Below are positions 27,659-39,305 of a stretch of DNA of 64,000 bases, in pieces; positions within the stretch are counted from its first letter, which is position 1, and each line of letters opens with the position of its first letter. Source of the DNA: Setoptus koraiensis (taxonomy: Eukaryota > Animalia > Arthropoda); assembly GCA_048013815.1 (NCBI GenBank), contig CM106585.1, forward strand, positions 1,116,001-1,180,000. The letters are read 5' to 3'. The notes beneath the pieces were generated by a model, which did not search any database, was not told the DNA's origin, and was given only the letters and a program-made list of their open reading frames with translations. The translations under genes were made by a program, and so were the position numbers.

Positions 27659-28186
27659 CGAGAGGCCGTGTCAATTGGCGACCTGTTGCAATGCGCACAA
27701 GCTGTTGGCACGGCTGCCTTGTCGGCCGACCCAACGAAAAAAGTCGCTCTAACCGAGCGATTCTCTTCGCTAGCTTGGCAACTAGCAGCGACCAGGTAAT
27801 TTAGGCAGAGCCGATGTGTGACAAACTTGCCACCAGCCAACAACGAGTAAACAACCTGTCAGTGTGTGCGTTCGGAGGCAGGGGAGCGCACCCGTTCTTT
27901 TTCTCTCTCGCTCATTACGCTCGCTGCTGCGCTGCGTTGCGTCTGTCTGTGCTGTGTTGCGTTGCGTTGCGTTGTGCTAGCCGCCATTGCATCACCGGCT
28001 CATTGCATTGACGTAACCGTGGCGACAATTATCTGGCAGCGCACACACTCGCATGCGGAGACACACACAGGTGAATTGTTGAATTATCCATTGCGCAATA
28101 GTTCATTGCTCGTATCGAGAGAGAACGACTCTCTGGTCAGGCCGTTTCTACGTTCTTGGCCTGTCGCTGGCTGGTTCGCTCGTCCA

Positions 28187-28244
<58 letters not shown>

Positions 28245-31200
28245 GCACTGTTAGTGTGTCCACCGATCTCACCAGCCGACTCGCCAGCTGATCTGCGAGT
28301 GCCACTTTATGACTGTCTGCCCCCGCCTAGCCACCTGTTCCGGTGCTGACAGTGCGCCACTTGCGACTGCCGCTCCGATGCGTGTCGCCCCCGTTCAATT
28401 GCGCAACACACATTATTATGTCACTACGTAACAGACGGTAGCAGGTAGCGCGTTCCTTCGCTCATTCTTTTTTTCGCTTGTCGCTGTTGTCGCTGTTGTC
28501 ACTGTTGTCACTGTTGTCGTTGCCGTTTGTCAACTGGCTGCGTAACTCTAGCGCGGCTATTATCTGTTACGTAACATATGCTTATGTAGCGAGTGTTGCC
28601 GTATGTGTGACACCCTCATGTGTGTGTGTGTGTGTGTGTGTGTCGCTCACACAAGCTTGCGTTTGTGTATTCACATGGTCGCTGTTGTGACAGTTGTTCG
28701 CATGGTCGCCGCCAACATTTTCGTCTATGACAGGTGAGCCAGCGAACGAATTATTTGAACGGCGACGTCCATTCGACACACACACACACACACCGAGTTG
28801 ACATTTGTGCGCACTGCACAAACAATGTTGTCGCTGCAACTTGCGACACAATGCCAACACAATTGCCACTCTCTCAGGGGGACACCAAAAGGGAGCGAGA
28901 CACGCAGAGAGGGATCAACGCTCGACATAGACCGACGAGCTGCCCAATTGAATTCAATCGGGCACCCCGTACAGCACGGCGTGGCCCGTTCTTTTTGTGC
29001 GCGGCTCGCTTGCCACCAACTGAAGCCGGCCAATTATTCCACAGGTGAGCCATCGATAATGCAAGCCGGCATGTTATCAGCCGGTACACATGCCCGGTAG
29101 CGCACACTGTCAGCTGAGCGCCCTCGCCTGGCTGTAGCCGCCTAGCTGCGGCCGCCTAGCTACAGGCTGGTCGTAAAAGCGGCTCCACTGCTCCAATTAC
29201 TAGCTAAAATAACCGTAGCTGTTGTCGGTGTCGGTGTCGTTGTCGGTGTTGGCGGCCTTGTGCTGCATCATGGGCGAGTCTGGCTCGCTCCACTGCACTG
29301 GCTCTAGCCGATAATATATGCAACTTGTGACTTTGCTGCCAGCACTAGACAGCTCAAAACTGGCGACTGGCAACAGTTACGTAACGCAACGCAACGCAAT
29401 TAATGCACTGACGCACTGAACGGCGTTCAATTATTACTAGGCATTTAATGCGCAACACACTTGTTGCTGGCGTGCTGAAATAGCGGATATTGCCGGTGCC
29501 GACGACTGGCGGCAAATTTGCTGCACTGGAGCGACCAGCAAGCGGCAATGGCGTGCAAGCTCGACTGGCCAGCTCGCCCATTGGCCAGTCTCGACGTGGC
29601 ATGCGCGACGACACACGCGCATTGTTGTTGTTGGCCGGCGACGCCAACCACGCCGACCGACGCGCCCCTTTTGGCCTTGCCGAGAAGCACAACATTGTGT
29701 GTGTGACCTAGATGGCTCTTTGTGGCGCAACTAAAACTAAAACCAAAACTAAAACCATTAACATGTGCCAGTGTGTGCGTTCGAAATTGCGATTTCGAAC
29801 GCACACATTGATGAATGGGAGCACGAACTAATTCCAGTCATGAGGCAAACAGCACACACTATGCGCATCATAATCGGCCCACTACGAGCAGATTGCGCAA
29901 TGGGAACGTTGGCTCGCAACCGCACAAGCAAGTGAACGTTGCCCGGCAATTCCAAGCACAAGCTTGCACAAGCCGGCGAATTTGGCGAAGCTGCAATTTC
30001 CAATTTCGAACTGCAATTTCGAATCGCCATTCGTGCGTTCGATTGGTTCGCACACACACACACACGCACAAAGCAAAAGGCTGCGTCACTGGGTTGGCGC
30101 GACTGTCCGCGATTTATTTATATATTTATATATTTATCGAGTTAGACAGGTTAGCGTGAATGGTGTGCGTTGTGTCGCCAGCGGAGACAGGTTTGTCAGG
30201 CCAACTTGGCCGAGCTACAAGTTGCAGTTGGCGCCGTTCGATCTGCACACAGACGGATCTACGCGAGCGCTTACGTGACCGGCGCAACTGGACACTACGC
30301 ACAAGCGCCATCATGGCGGCCAATAGGCGTTGTTGCATTGCTGCCAATGGTCATCTTGGCAATATTGTTCTGCTGTGCGTTCTTTCAGCAGTTGCCAGTT
30401 GGCAGTGGCGGTTGGCGGCTGGCAGTTGGCAGTTGCCAGTGAACAGTGAACAGTGAACGGGCCAGTGTGAGTGACCAGCAGCAAGTGGCCGGCTCGAGTT
30501 GTCGCTGGAAAGTGGCACGATGCGCGACGCTCATTCGGCCTCGCTCGCAACCGCTGACAGTGTGCCGATAATTGTTTGCGCCAAGCTGATGCTGTTACGC
30601 AACAAGTTGCCGCTATGCAATAGAGCTGCAACGCAATGCAATTTTGGTTTGGCGCGGTTGTTGTGCGATGATAGCGCCGGCTGCGATTTGATCGATTTGA
30701 TTTGGGAATGAGCGTGGCTCGTTTAAATAGCAACGACAACCTTGTGTTTGGAGTCGTCCCACTTACTTGCTGGTTGCTGGCAGCGACAGTGGCTGCCAGC
30801 CGATCGAATCATGCCGACCGAGCCAGATAAAAATCGAGTTGCTGCGAGTGGCACGTTTTGTGCCCTCAGCTCAATTATAACATTATATTGCCACATCCAG
30901 TCCTGTTTGCTGTGCCTTTTGCTGCCTTTTTGTGAGTGTGGCAACGGCCAGCATAATATAATATTAGATAACATTGGAGAATAAGAATTAAATCACAATT
31001 GGAAGCTGCCATCATTGGCTGCGTCCACGACGGGCTGCGAGAACGGGGTCGCAACACTTGTTGCACACCGTGCAACTGGTCAGCGTGATTGGCGCCTGGA
31101 GGCGCGCTACACATTGTGCGCAAGCCGCTGGAGCGTAGCTAAAAGAACGAGTTCTTGCCGGCCAACAATCGCCAATTATCACATGCGAGGGTCGCTTGTT

Positions 31201-31667
31201 GCGCTCGCTCCTGCGCTCACATTCTCACAATGTTTTAGCTGGCACTTGCGCCAAACGAGCAAGCGAGCTGAGCGGCCAGTGGGCAAACGTTGCAACGGCC
31301 GGTAACGTTAGCTCGCCCACCATCGTGCGGCCAGAGATTGTGCGGTGAGGATGCGAACGTCGCTCGCTTGTAATTAACAATTTGCGAATGTTAAATGTAA
31401 ATTCTTTGCGAGCGAGCTAATAAATAATTAGAAAGTCTCACAATGCATTGCTCAGGCTGCTATTTAATAATATTAATTTGTGTCCGCTCACAAATTATGC
31501 ATGTTTGTTCTGCGTGCTGGCCTGTTTGTTGTCGTGCAACGTTGCACTCGAATTCTCTTGTCCGGCGCTGTTGTCCACTGCTGCTGTTGTGTGCTGCAAC
31601 AATCGGCCAGTCGGGGCATTACGTAACCAAACTACGCTCACCATGCCATGCTCAGCATGCCATGCTA

Positions 31668-31723
31668 ACCGTACTATGCCGACCGTACTATGCCGACCGT
31701 ACTATGCTGACCGTACTATGCTG
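31668..31723. repeat. 14-bp minisatellite (ACCGTACTATGCYG x4)
   Basis: Direct tandem copies. Confidence 0.9.
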
Positions 31724-34231
31724 ACCATAGCAACTCAGACAAAGTCCCCGGGCAAAACTTTTATCAAGCTCGCTCAGTGTGCGTGTGTGTGTGTGTGCGA
31801 AAATTGCAAACTTGGCGCACACACTGGTAACACACCGGTCGCAGAAAAGTTGTTGGCAGTTGGCAGTTGGCGTTGCCAATGGATGGCGGGGCGCGCATCG
31901 AAAAGCCGCGGCGGCCTCGTTTTGTCTGCTGTGTGTCTAGCCAACGGCTGGCCAGCGAGCCACAGCGACACGGCTAATGGAAGGACGAGTCGGTTGTTGG
32001 CGCGCTTGTTGCTCGCAGCAACAGCGACACAAATCGGCGAGCCGCAACGCAAGACAGGGCGTCGAGAAGGCGATTAGTTAGGCACGCAGGTCAGCAACAG
32101 CAACAGCAACACTGCTATTACTGTCCACTAATAGCAGTGTGTCTGGCCGACTTGCGCACTTACGTAACGTGCAACAACACACAAGCTGGCGTGTCTTGCC
32201 AGCAACATTACGGCCAGTGCATATGCTGCCACCAGTGCTGCCACTGGCGGTGTCAATTGCAAGCCATGAGCTATAATCTGTAAGCTGTGAGCTGTGAGCT
32301 ACATGCTATGTGCTGCATGCCGCATGCCTCATGCCGCATGCTATATTTAGCTTATTCGGCTCGTCTTGCCAATGTGGAAGGCACACTCAATGGAGACAGG
32401 TATGCTTGCGACCAGTTACGTAATAGTTGTGTGCGTTAATAGTGGTAGCTCGCACGGAGCCTGTCAATGGGCTACAAATGATTGGAGTGCGCTCGCCGCC
32501 AGCACCAGTCGCGCCGGCCGGCAACGAGTGCAGCCACTAGCTGCTGGCACAGGTAAGCTGGCGCATTGGCTTGTTTTTCTCATTACACACACGTCGTGTT
32601 TGTATACAATTAATGGTTACGCGAACAAACAGCTGACTTGTGCTTATAACGTGAGCACAACTTGCCCAGTCGCTGGCCAGTGTGTGTGTGTCTGTCAGAC
32701 GAGGCGAGGCGAGACGAGACGACACACGGGAGACGGGTTGCGTAACAGCACACGAGTGCGTGTGTGCTCCTTGCCGCTGACCACTGGCCAGAGTGCTCAT
32801 GCGCTGGCTGCCTAATGCAAAAAGTGGCTGGCCCAATTGGTGTGATGCTGGCCAGTCAACTAATTCATTCAAGCCAACAAATGTGTTGCGTAACAAAATG
32901 ACGGGCGCTCACGACAACAGCGCCGACTTTACGCAGCAACAGTCGCCACTTTGCAACGAGCTGCCCAGTGGCCAGTTAAGCTCGTTGCGCGATTCTTACC
33001 TGTTCCTGTTGTGTGTATGTGCTGCAAACCTGTTGCGCTCTGTGGATGCTGCGATGTTTGATTGTTGCCAATTCAGCTGGTGAATATGCCAAGCTTGCAC
33101 ATGGCATTGGTTGGTTGCCAGTGGTCAGTGATGCAGTAAAATTAGTGGCCCAGCTAGCTGAGGTGTGAGCCGACTTTTATGAGAGAGCCAGAGATTTTAT
33201 CATTATCATGAGCGACGTTCCAGCCTCTGCGTACCTCTAAATGGGCGCGCTCACTGCGCTCGTTGCGCTTAGGGAGCTGGTTACGCAATCGGGCAACAGC
33301 CTGTTGCTTAGCGACTGGCGCCTGCAGCAGTTAGTTTGATACCTTCCAACTGCTCAGCCCAAACTGCACACCGCAATGCAACAAGTTGTAAGTTCAAGTC
33401 TGCTCCTTCACAATTATCATTCACCCAAACATGATTAATTCATCTAGCCGATGCCAAGCGCACAACCTAAGGGGGTGGGTTAGGTATCCCAAAAATGTTC
33501 AGGAGTTGACTGAGTTTGCATGGCTGTGTGCTTCATGAACTGACCTCTAGAGGGATGAAATTTGCACAGTACATGCGCGCAGCATATGTACCGTGTAGTT
33601 TGCGGGCGCCACTGGGCGCAAATGCGGACTTTCGCCCAAAATGGCACAGTTTATGCCATTTCGGCAGTCGCTCGAATGGCGAAATGGGCGTCACGGGTAG
33701 TGTGCCGGTAGAAATGGTTTATACTCGTGGTTTAAACCACACAGACTGTTGGAAAGCAAAATAACATCATGGTGTAATCCACCCATTGAAATGTGAGCCA
33801 TGCTACAATGTATCTCTGAGTCATCATTGACATTGTATGACATTGTACTTAACTTGTAATTGTACTCATTTTGTCTTTGTATTGTTTGTGAAATTATCGT
33901 GTCTTTGTGAAATTATTGAGAATAAAATAATCGACAGTTGCATATTGACAATTGTCGAGTTTAGACAAAAAGATTCGTGTCGTATTCAACTCACTGTCTT
34001 ATACAGACTTTCTGCCACTTTCTGCCAATGTTGGCATAAACGGTGGAAACGGTTTATACTCTGACAGAAAGTGGCATAAACTCTCGACTTTCTGCCACTT
34101 TCCTCCATTTTTGGCAGAAAGTGGTAGAAACTCTCGACTTTCTGCCACTTCCCACCATGGTAGAAATGGAAGATACAAATGAAAAAAAACAGATACAATA
34201 AGATAATAAGATGCTAAGACACACTTTGACA

Positions 34232-34666
34232 GTGTGTTTACAATAATATTTCGTTTAATGGAATATTATTGTGAACGTGATACATTTAATAACCGATCGA
34301 TGAAGTGCAAACGATATTTCGCCCGGGCCCTCGCTGAGAATATGTTTGTATGCTGTCACGAAACACAAGACAGTTAACAATCACTTATTTAAAGTTTATG
34401 ATTTGGAGGATGTCGATGAGGTGATAAGTTCTTATCGATAACTGAACTCAAGTGGTCGCCGATAAGAACTCATCACCCTTATCAACAACTGCTAAATCAT
34501 GAACTTTAAATAAGTGATTGTTAACTGTCTTGTGTTTCGCGACAGCATACAAACATATTCTCAGCGAGGGCCCGGGCGAAATATCGTTTGCACTTCATCG
34601 ATCGGTTATTAAATGTATCACGTTCACAATAATATTCCATTAAACGAAATATTATTGTAAACACAC
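34232..34666. mobile_element. Foldback (palindromic) element, ~435 bp
   Basis: GTGTGTTTACAATAATATTTCG…AAAGTTTATGATTT (34232-~34403) is a near-perfect reverse complement of AAATCATGAACTTT…GTAAACACAC (~34494-34666); an inner pair GAGGTGATAAGTTCTTATCG / CGATAAGAACTCATCACCC is also present. Confidence 0.85.
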
Positions 34667-35146
34667 AGTGACCTACAGATATGATCGAAATCCAAGTCTG
34701 CCACCTCATCATCACATTCTAGCTCTTCAAAATTTGTTCACATGTTGTTGCTTCTCAGTCTCGTGTGTAGATAGCTGGCTCTGTAGCTTGTTTACATATT
34801 GTTGAATTTCTCAATCAAGTGTGTAGATACCTGGCTCTTTTACTTGTTTACAGATTGTTGATCACAAGTCTCGTGTACAGATATCAACCTACACCCTTGT
34901 TCGTGGATCAGCAGTAAGTCCAACGATGGGTGATTGGCCGCCTTGGCGTCAGGACTGCAGCCTTTGTGATTCAGAACAAGAAGCCGTTGGCTTCATGTAA
35001 TTTAAATTTGCCGTGGCCTGCGTCGCTTTAATTTCTTAAATAAAATGCTCTGCATCTCAACTTGTTAAATATCGACTGTCTCTCAATTATTTTCACTTTG
35101 TTGGTTCAGAGAACATCGTTCGGAAGATTGTATTAGGTAACAAAGA

Positions 35147-35335
35147 TTTTAATCTTCCCTGTGCTAAAGAATCTAAACATTACACATGTTAACTCTATGG
35201 AGATTTAAGGTTCTCGAATCCCGTATTAAAGTATCAAAACATTACACATGCTAGCCATGTGGAGATTTAAGTTTCTCGAATCCCGTGTTAAAGTATCTAA
35301 ACATTACACATGTTAACCCTATGGAGATTTGAGTC
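35147..35335. repeat. ~60-bp tandem repeat, 3 units (…AAAGTATCTAAACATTACACATGTTAACCCTATGGAGATTT…)
   Basis: Three diverged units; one more unit forms the spacer at 37401-37449; related inverted units (AAATCTCCATAGG) at 36410-36560. Confidence 0.8.
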
Positions 35336-35367
35336 TGTCAATTCCCTGTCACTTTCAATTCCCTTGC

Positions 35368-35526
35368 TGTGCAAAAAACAACGATGCCTTGATACTCAAC
35401 AGTTGGCTCGTTGATGAAACATCCAATTTTAGAAGTTGGCTGAATCCTGGAGACTGTCTCATCCTCGACAGAGGATTTAGAGATTGCCAGAACATCCTAG
35501 AGGACTTGAAAATTGGGGTGTTCTTG
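35368..35526 (+). pseudogene. DDE_Tnp_4-type (PIF/Harbinger-ISL2EU group) transposase fragment
   Basis: KNNDALILNSWLVDETSNFRSWLNPGDCLILDRGFRDCQNILEDLKI carries the GD-hh-h-DRGF catalytic-Asp motif of this family; truncated on both sides. Confidence 0.7.
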
Positions 35527-36149
35527 CGAATTGGGCGTAGCTCAGTTCGCAACGGAACTCGTGGTGTGAGTGTCTTAGAGTCTCCTGACGGGAAATATTT
35601 TAGACCGGAAGTGTAGAAACTTCGTGTTCCGGTTTTAGCTTCTACCCAAAAATACCCAAAATACCCAGATTGGATCCACGCCCAGTTCGCAAGTATAACC
35701 GAAGATTGACTCTAGGATACCGTCTTTCATGAGCCCTGGGGCAAAACAATTGACAACCGACCAGGCCAACAGTTCGAGGCTAGTAACCTCGTGCCGTTGG
35801 GTAGTCGAGGCAGTTCATAAAAGATTAAAAGTATTTTGCTAATGTCATACCGAATAGCAGCATCACAAGTGATACTGATTCTAGCGCTTAATTTTTTGGA
35901 TAGACGAGTATCGTTGGAATATGGATGCGAGTATGTGACAACATGTCGGAGATAATCATCTATGCCTGTCGATCAGAGTAGCCGAAAAGATGACAGAATG
36001 AATACAAGTTCTCCCAATTTCGATCGCAGCATGATACACATGTCGATTGCTTGCGTATGGAATTTAGTAAGATTCTAATAGTCAGTTTCGCCGCAATGAG
36101 TAATTAAGTTAGACACACCAATTAGTCAATGGCGCACACTTTGTTATAG

Positions 36150-36395
36150 TGCATCAATTTTGAATTTCGAAGTTCGAAATGTGACCATCGAACTTCGAAT
36201 TGTGACCATCGAACTCTGTACGAGCACCTGGAACTAGTATCGGAAATTCGAATTTTCAATCTCGAAGTTCGAAGTTCGAATTGCGACCATCGAATTGTGA
36301 CCACCGAACTCTGACCATCGAACATCGAACGAGCAGATGAAATTCTTATAAGAAATTCGAATTTTCAATTTTGAAGTTCGATTTGTCACCACCGA
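36150..36395. repeat. TTCGAA-rich imperfect tandem repeat (TTCGAAGTTCGAATTGTGACCATCGAAC)
   Basis: Several diverged units; the same motif recurs at ~42858-42888 and next to the gap at ~43131-43153. Confidence 0.8.
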
Positions 36396-37102
36396 ACTCC
36401 GCACAAATGTGACCTAGTCAAATCTCCATAGGATTGCATACAAAATATTTTCGAGTGAAGCGATAATAGACCAAGTCGAATCTACATAGGAATACATGTG
36501 TTATGTCTAGCAGGATTCTCACAAATTTGACTAAGTCAAACCTCCATAGGATTACATAGTCACGTGAATAAACGTATCCATCATCACTACCCCAGTAGCT
36601 ACTTAATTAAAATTAAGCGCTAATAATTAAAATTAAGCGCTAAAAAACCAGTGGGAAGGCGTTATCGGGGCGTGCTACTAGGAGCCATCGAGGGACCTGT
36701 GGTAATGGGATCCGGATGTGGTAAGTATAGAGAGAGGGCCCCTCAAGAAACATCAAGCAACAGCAAGTAACAGCAAGCAGCAGATAGCAACAAAAATCAA
36801 CAGAAAGCAAGAATGAATGTGCACCCCAGATGCTCTCTGTGCTCTACAGAAATCAGAACGAATAAAGAGCAAACCAAAAATGATGGACGTGTAGTCTACG
36901 ATAAATGCAAGAAGAGGCAGTTGAGAGTCGGATCTGACCCGCACACGACGATGCCCATCCCCATGAATCTCATCCAACACAAATGACTGCAAACCATAGA
37001 CGAGAGTAAGAGACAAGAAGAAATGTTGTAAGCCTCGGAACATGATTCAAGCACAGATCTAGCGCTGTGCCATCTTGTGTGGCGACATATCGGAGCCTCT
37101 AG

Positions 37103-37400
37103 GGCGCACGTATCTGTTCGTGCGCGCGGATGCTTCGTCCCGAGCGGGATACCCGCCCGGTTTTTCTTGAATATCTCCGGAACCGGAAGCCGCACACACG
37201 TAAAACGATCTCTATTGTACTCAGAATGTTCATATCCTGCTGCATATCAAGTTTCATGGTTCTAGCTTGAATTTTGTGTAAAACCGGAACCGGAAGTTTC
37301 CGCAATTTCGGACTGGCGAATCCGTCATTCGGGAGCCCTAAGGGCCCCATGTGTGAAGTTTGGTGGAAATCTGAGTGTGGCAATATTCGCTACAACACCC
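37103..37400 (-). mobile_element. MITE copy 1a (left arm only, inverted)
   Basis: Reverse complement of ~39763-40062; ends in the left TIR (…ATTCGCTACAACACCC at 37400). Confidence 0.85.
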
Positions 37401-37449
37401 TTTAAGTCTCTCAATTCCTGTGTCAAAGTATCTAAACATTACACATGTT

Positions 37450-37770
37450 GGTTGTTGTGCCACACCCAGATTCTGATGGAACTTCCGGTATAGGTTCATC
37501 TTGACCTCAATGGAACGAAAAAAGTAGTCCGGAAGTGCGGGACTTCCGGTTCCGGTTTTACCTCAAGTTAGAGCTAGAGGTCTAAAACTCACCAAATTAG
37601 CGTTCTAAAAGACGCTAAACACGATGGCATAATTTTCAGCTCGGTGCGACTTCCGGTTCTCAAGATATCGGCATATTTATTGGTTTGGAAGACCGGAAGT
37701 TGACGAATTTCAGCCTCGCTGCACTCGGGGATGAACCTGCGATGGGTCTGAGAACTCGGCCTGCGGCCTC
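37450..37770 (-). mobile_element. MITE copy 1b (right arm only, inverted)
   Basis: Reverse complement of ~40291-40621; begins with GGTTGTT (right TIR, small internal deletion). Confidence 0.85.
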
Positions 37771-38182
37771 AGAATTTGGAGTTACCAAAACTATCTCAAA
37801 ACAATATCCGAGACAACTGAAAGCATCGCTCAAGAAGCATTCATCAAAGCAATCGAAGATGAGGTAGTCCTCACAGGCAATAGAGATAACTTAGCTGTAT
37901 CGGGCGACTGTAGTCGGAGAAAGAGAGGATTTGTATCTACGCAAGGAGTGGCAACAGTTATAGGATGCAGAACGGGCAAAGTATTGGACGTCTCAATCAA
38001 GAATAAATTCTGTCGCCGATGTCTCGGTTGGAAAGATAGAATTGCTACGGCTGAGTACGAAGCTTGGAAAGAAACACACGACTGCGATCCAAAGCACACA
38101 GACTGGTCAGGAAGAATGGAGTCAGATGGCATTTTAGAGATATTTCAGCGTTCCGAACCACAACATAATGTGAAATATGCCT
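37771..38182 (+). pseudogene. Mutator-like/Kolobok-Hydra-type DDE transposase fragment A
   Basis: Stop-free frame …SYQNYLKTISETTESIAQEAFIKAIEDEVVLTGNRDNLAVSGDCSRRKRGFVSTQGVATVIGCRTGKVLDVSIKNKFCRRC…HDC…SGRMESDGILEIFQRSEPQHNVKY matches the SxDGxWxKRG…TGKVLD…KxC…SGxMExxG…FxRS pattern of this transposase family; it breaks off before the YIGDGDS motif. Confidence 0.8.
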
Positions 38183-38504
38183 GTTGTGGTTGCTGCTCTG
38201 GCCACTCAATCTGGGGCAGTGGGTCCAGTGACGGGGATTCCGGTGGCTGAATCACCTCGTCCGGCATCTCTGATCCCTCCTCTACGTAAAAATCGAGATT
38301 CTCGTCATACCACTGAGGATCTGCGACTGGATTGGCCTCGGCATTTGATGTGGTGGCGCCACCATCTTCCTCTGGAGGGAAGTCCACCCAGGGTATTCCC
38401 TTGGGCGGCACTCGGACCCTGCTCCTGCACAGGGGACAAGTTAGTAGGCGGAGGACCTTTCTTGTCTCTATCTGGTAGCCACTCGTGCCGTATATAGGCA
38501 CCTC

Positions 38505-39305
38505 GGGTGTTGTTGCGATTAGGTCCCAGCGCCGATCAGCATGAAACTTGACACACGGGCCCCGCAGGGGCCCCATATCATGAATTAAGTAGTCCGGAAG
38601 TGCGGAAACTTCCGGTTCCGGAGATACAAAAATATTGAGATAGAGCTTCGAAACTTCGGAATCAGATGTTCGCCACCTAGCGGAGCATGATGAGATCAAA
38701 ATTAATCCGCTACGACTTCCGGTTCATAAGATATAGAGGTTTGACCAAATCTTGGGGTGTGGCCGGGTCTGTGAGGATGCGGTCAGCGGACCAATTCTGT
38801 GCCCCGTGCTCGCAGCATCTCTTCTTGCAGCTGTGTTTGGGTTGCAGTCATGTGAGCGGAGGGTAGAGGGCGCAGCCCGATACCCGAAGCGCTCATCAAC
38901 CCTACCCGAAGGGTTCCCGTCGCACGCAGTCGTCGCGGGAGCGACGACGGAGATGTGACGGCCTCCAGAATACGAGGCCGCAGGCCGAGTTCTCAGACAC
39001 ACCGCATGTTCATCCCCGAGCGCTGCGAAGCAATAATTTGGTCACTTCCGGTTTTCCAACCCTTGTAATATCCCCATATCTGGCGAACCGGAAGTCTCAC
39101 GAAGCTGAAAATCATTTCATCGTGATAAGCGTAGCCTAAAATTTTTCTCTAGTGAATTTTAGAGCTCTAGCTTCAACTTTATGTAAAACCGGAACCGGAA
39201 GTTTCCGCACTTCCGGACCACTTTTTCCAATGGTTTTGGGTCAAGATGAACCTGTACCGGAAGTTTCATCATGATCGGCGCTGGGACCTAATCGCTACAA
39301 CAACC
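38505..39305 (+). mobile_element. MITE copy 2 (801 bp, both TIRs, no TSD)
   Basis: Left GGGTGTTGTTGCGATTAGGTCCCAGCGCCGATC… / right …GATCGGCGCTGGGACCTAATCGCTACAACAACC; the flanks (GGCACCTC vs TATTAATT) do not match. Confidence 0.85.

Noticed and set aside
33467-33490. Telomeric TTAGG or a Kolobok-type terminus (CTAAGGGGGTGGGTTAGG)
   Set aside because: Single TTAGG; no matching inverted end or TTAA TSD found in the window.
36820-36990. CSLCS…YDKCKK as a piggyBac-like cysteine-rich domain
   Set aside because: Too few ligands, short frame and no adjacent transposase core.
38842-38998. Hammerhead ribozyme or SRP RNA in the MITE core
   Set aside because: No CUGAUGA/GAAA core and no SRP helix-8 motif; only generic stems are supported.
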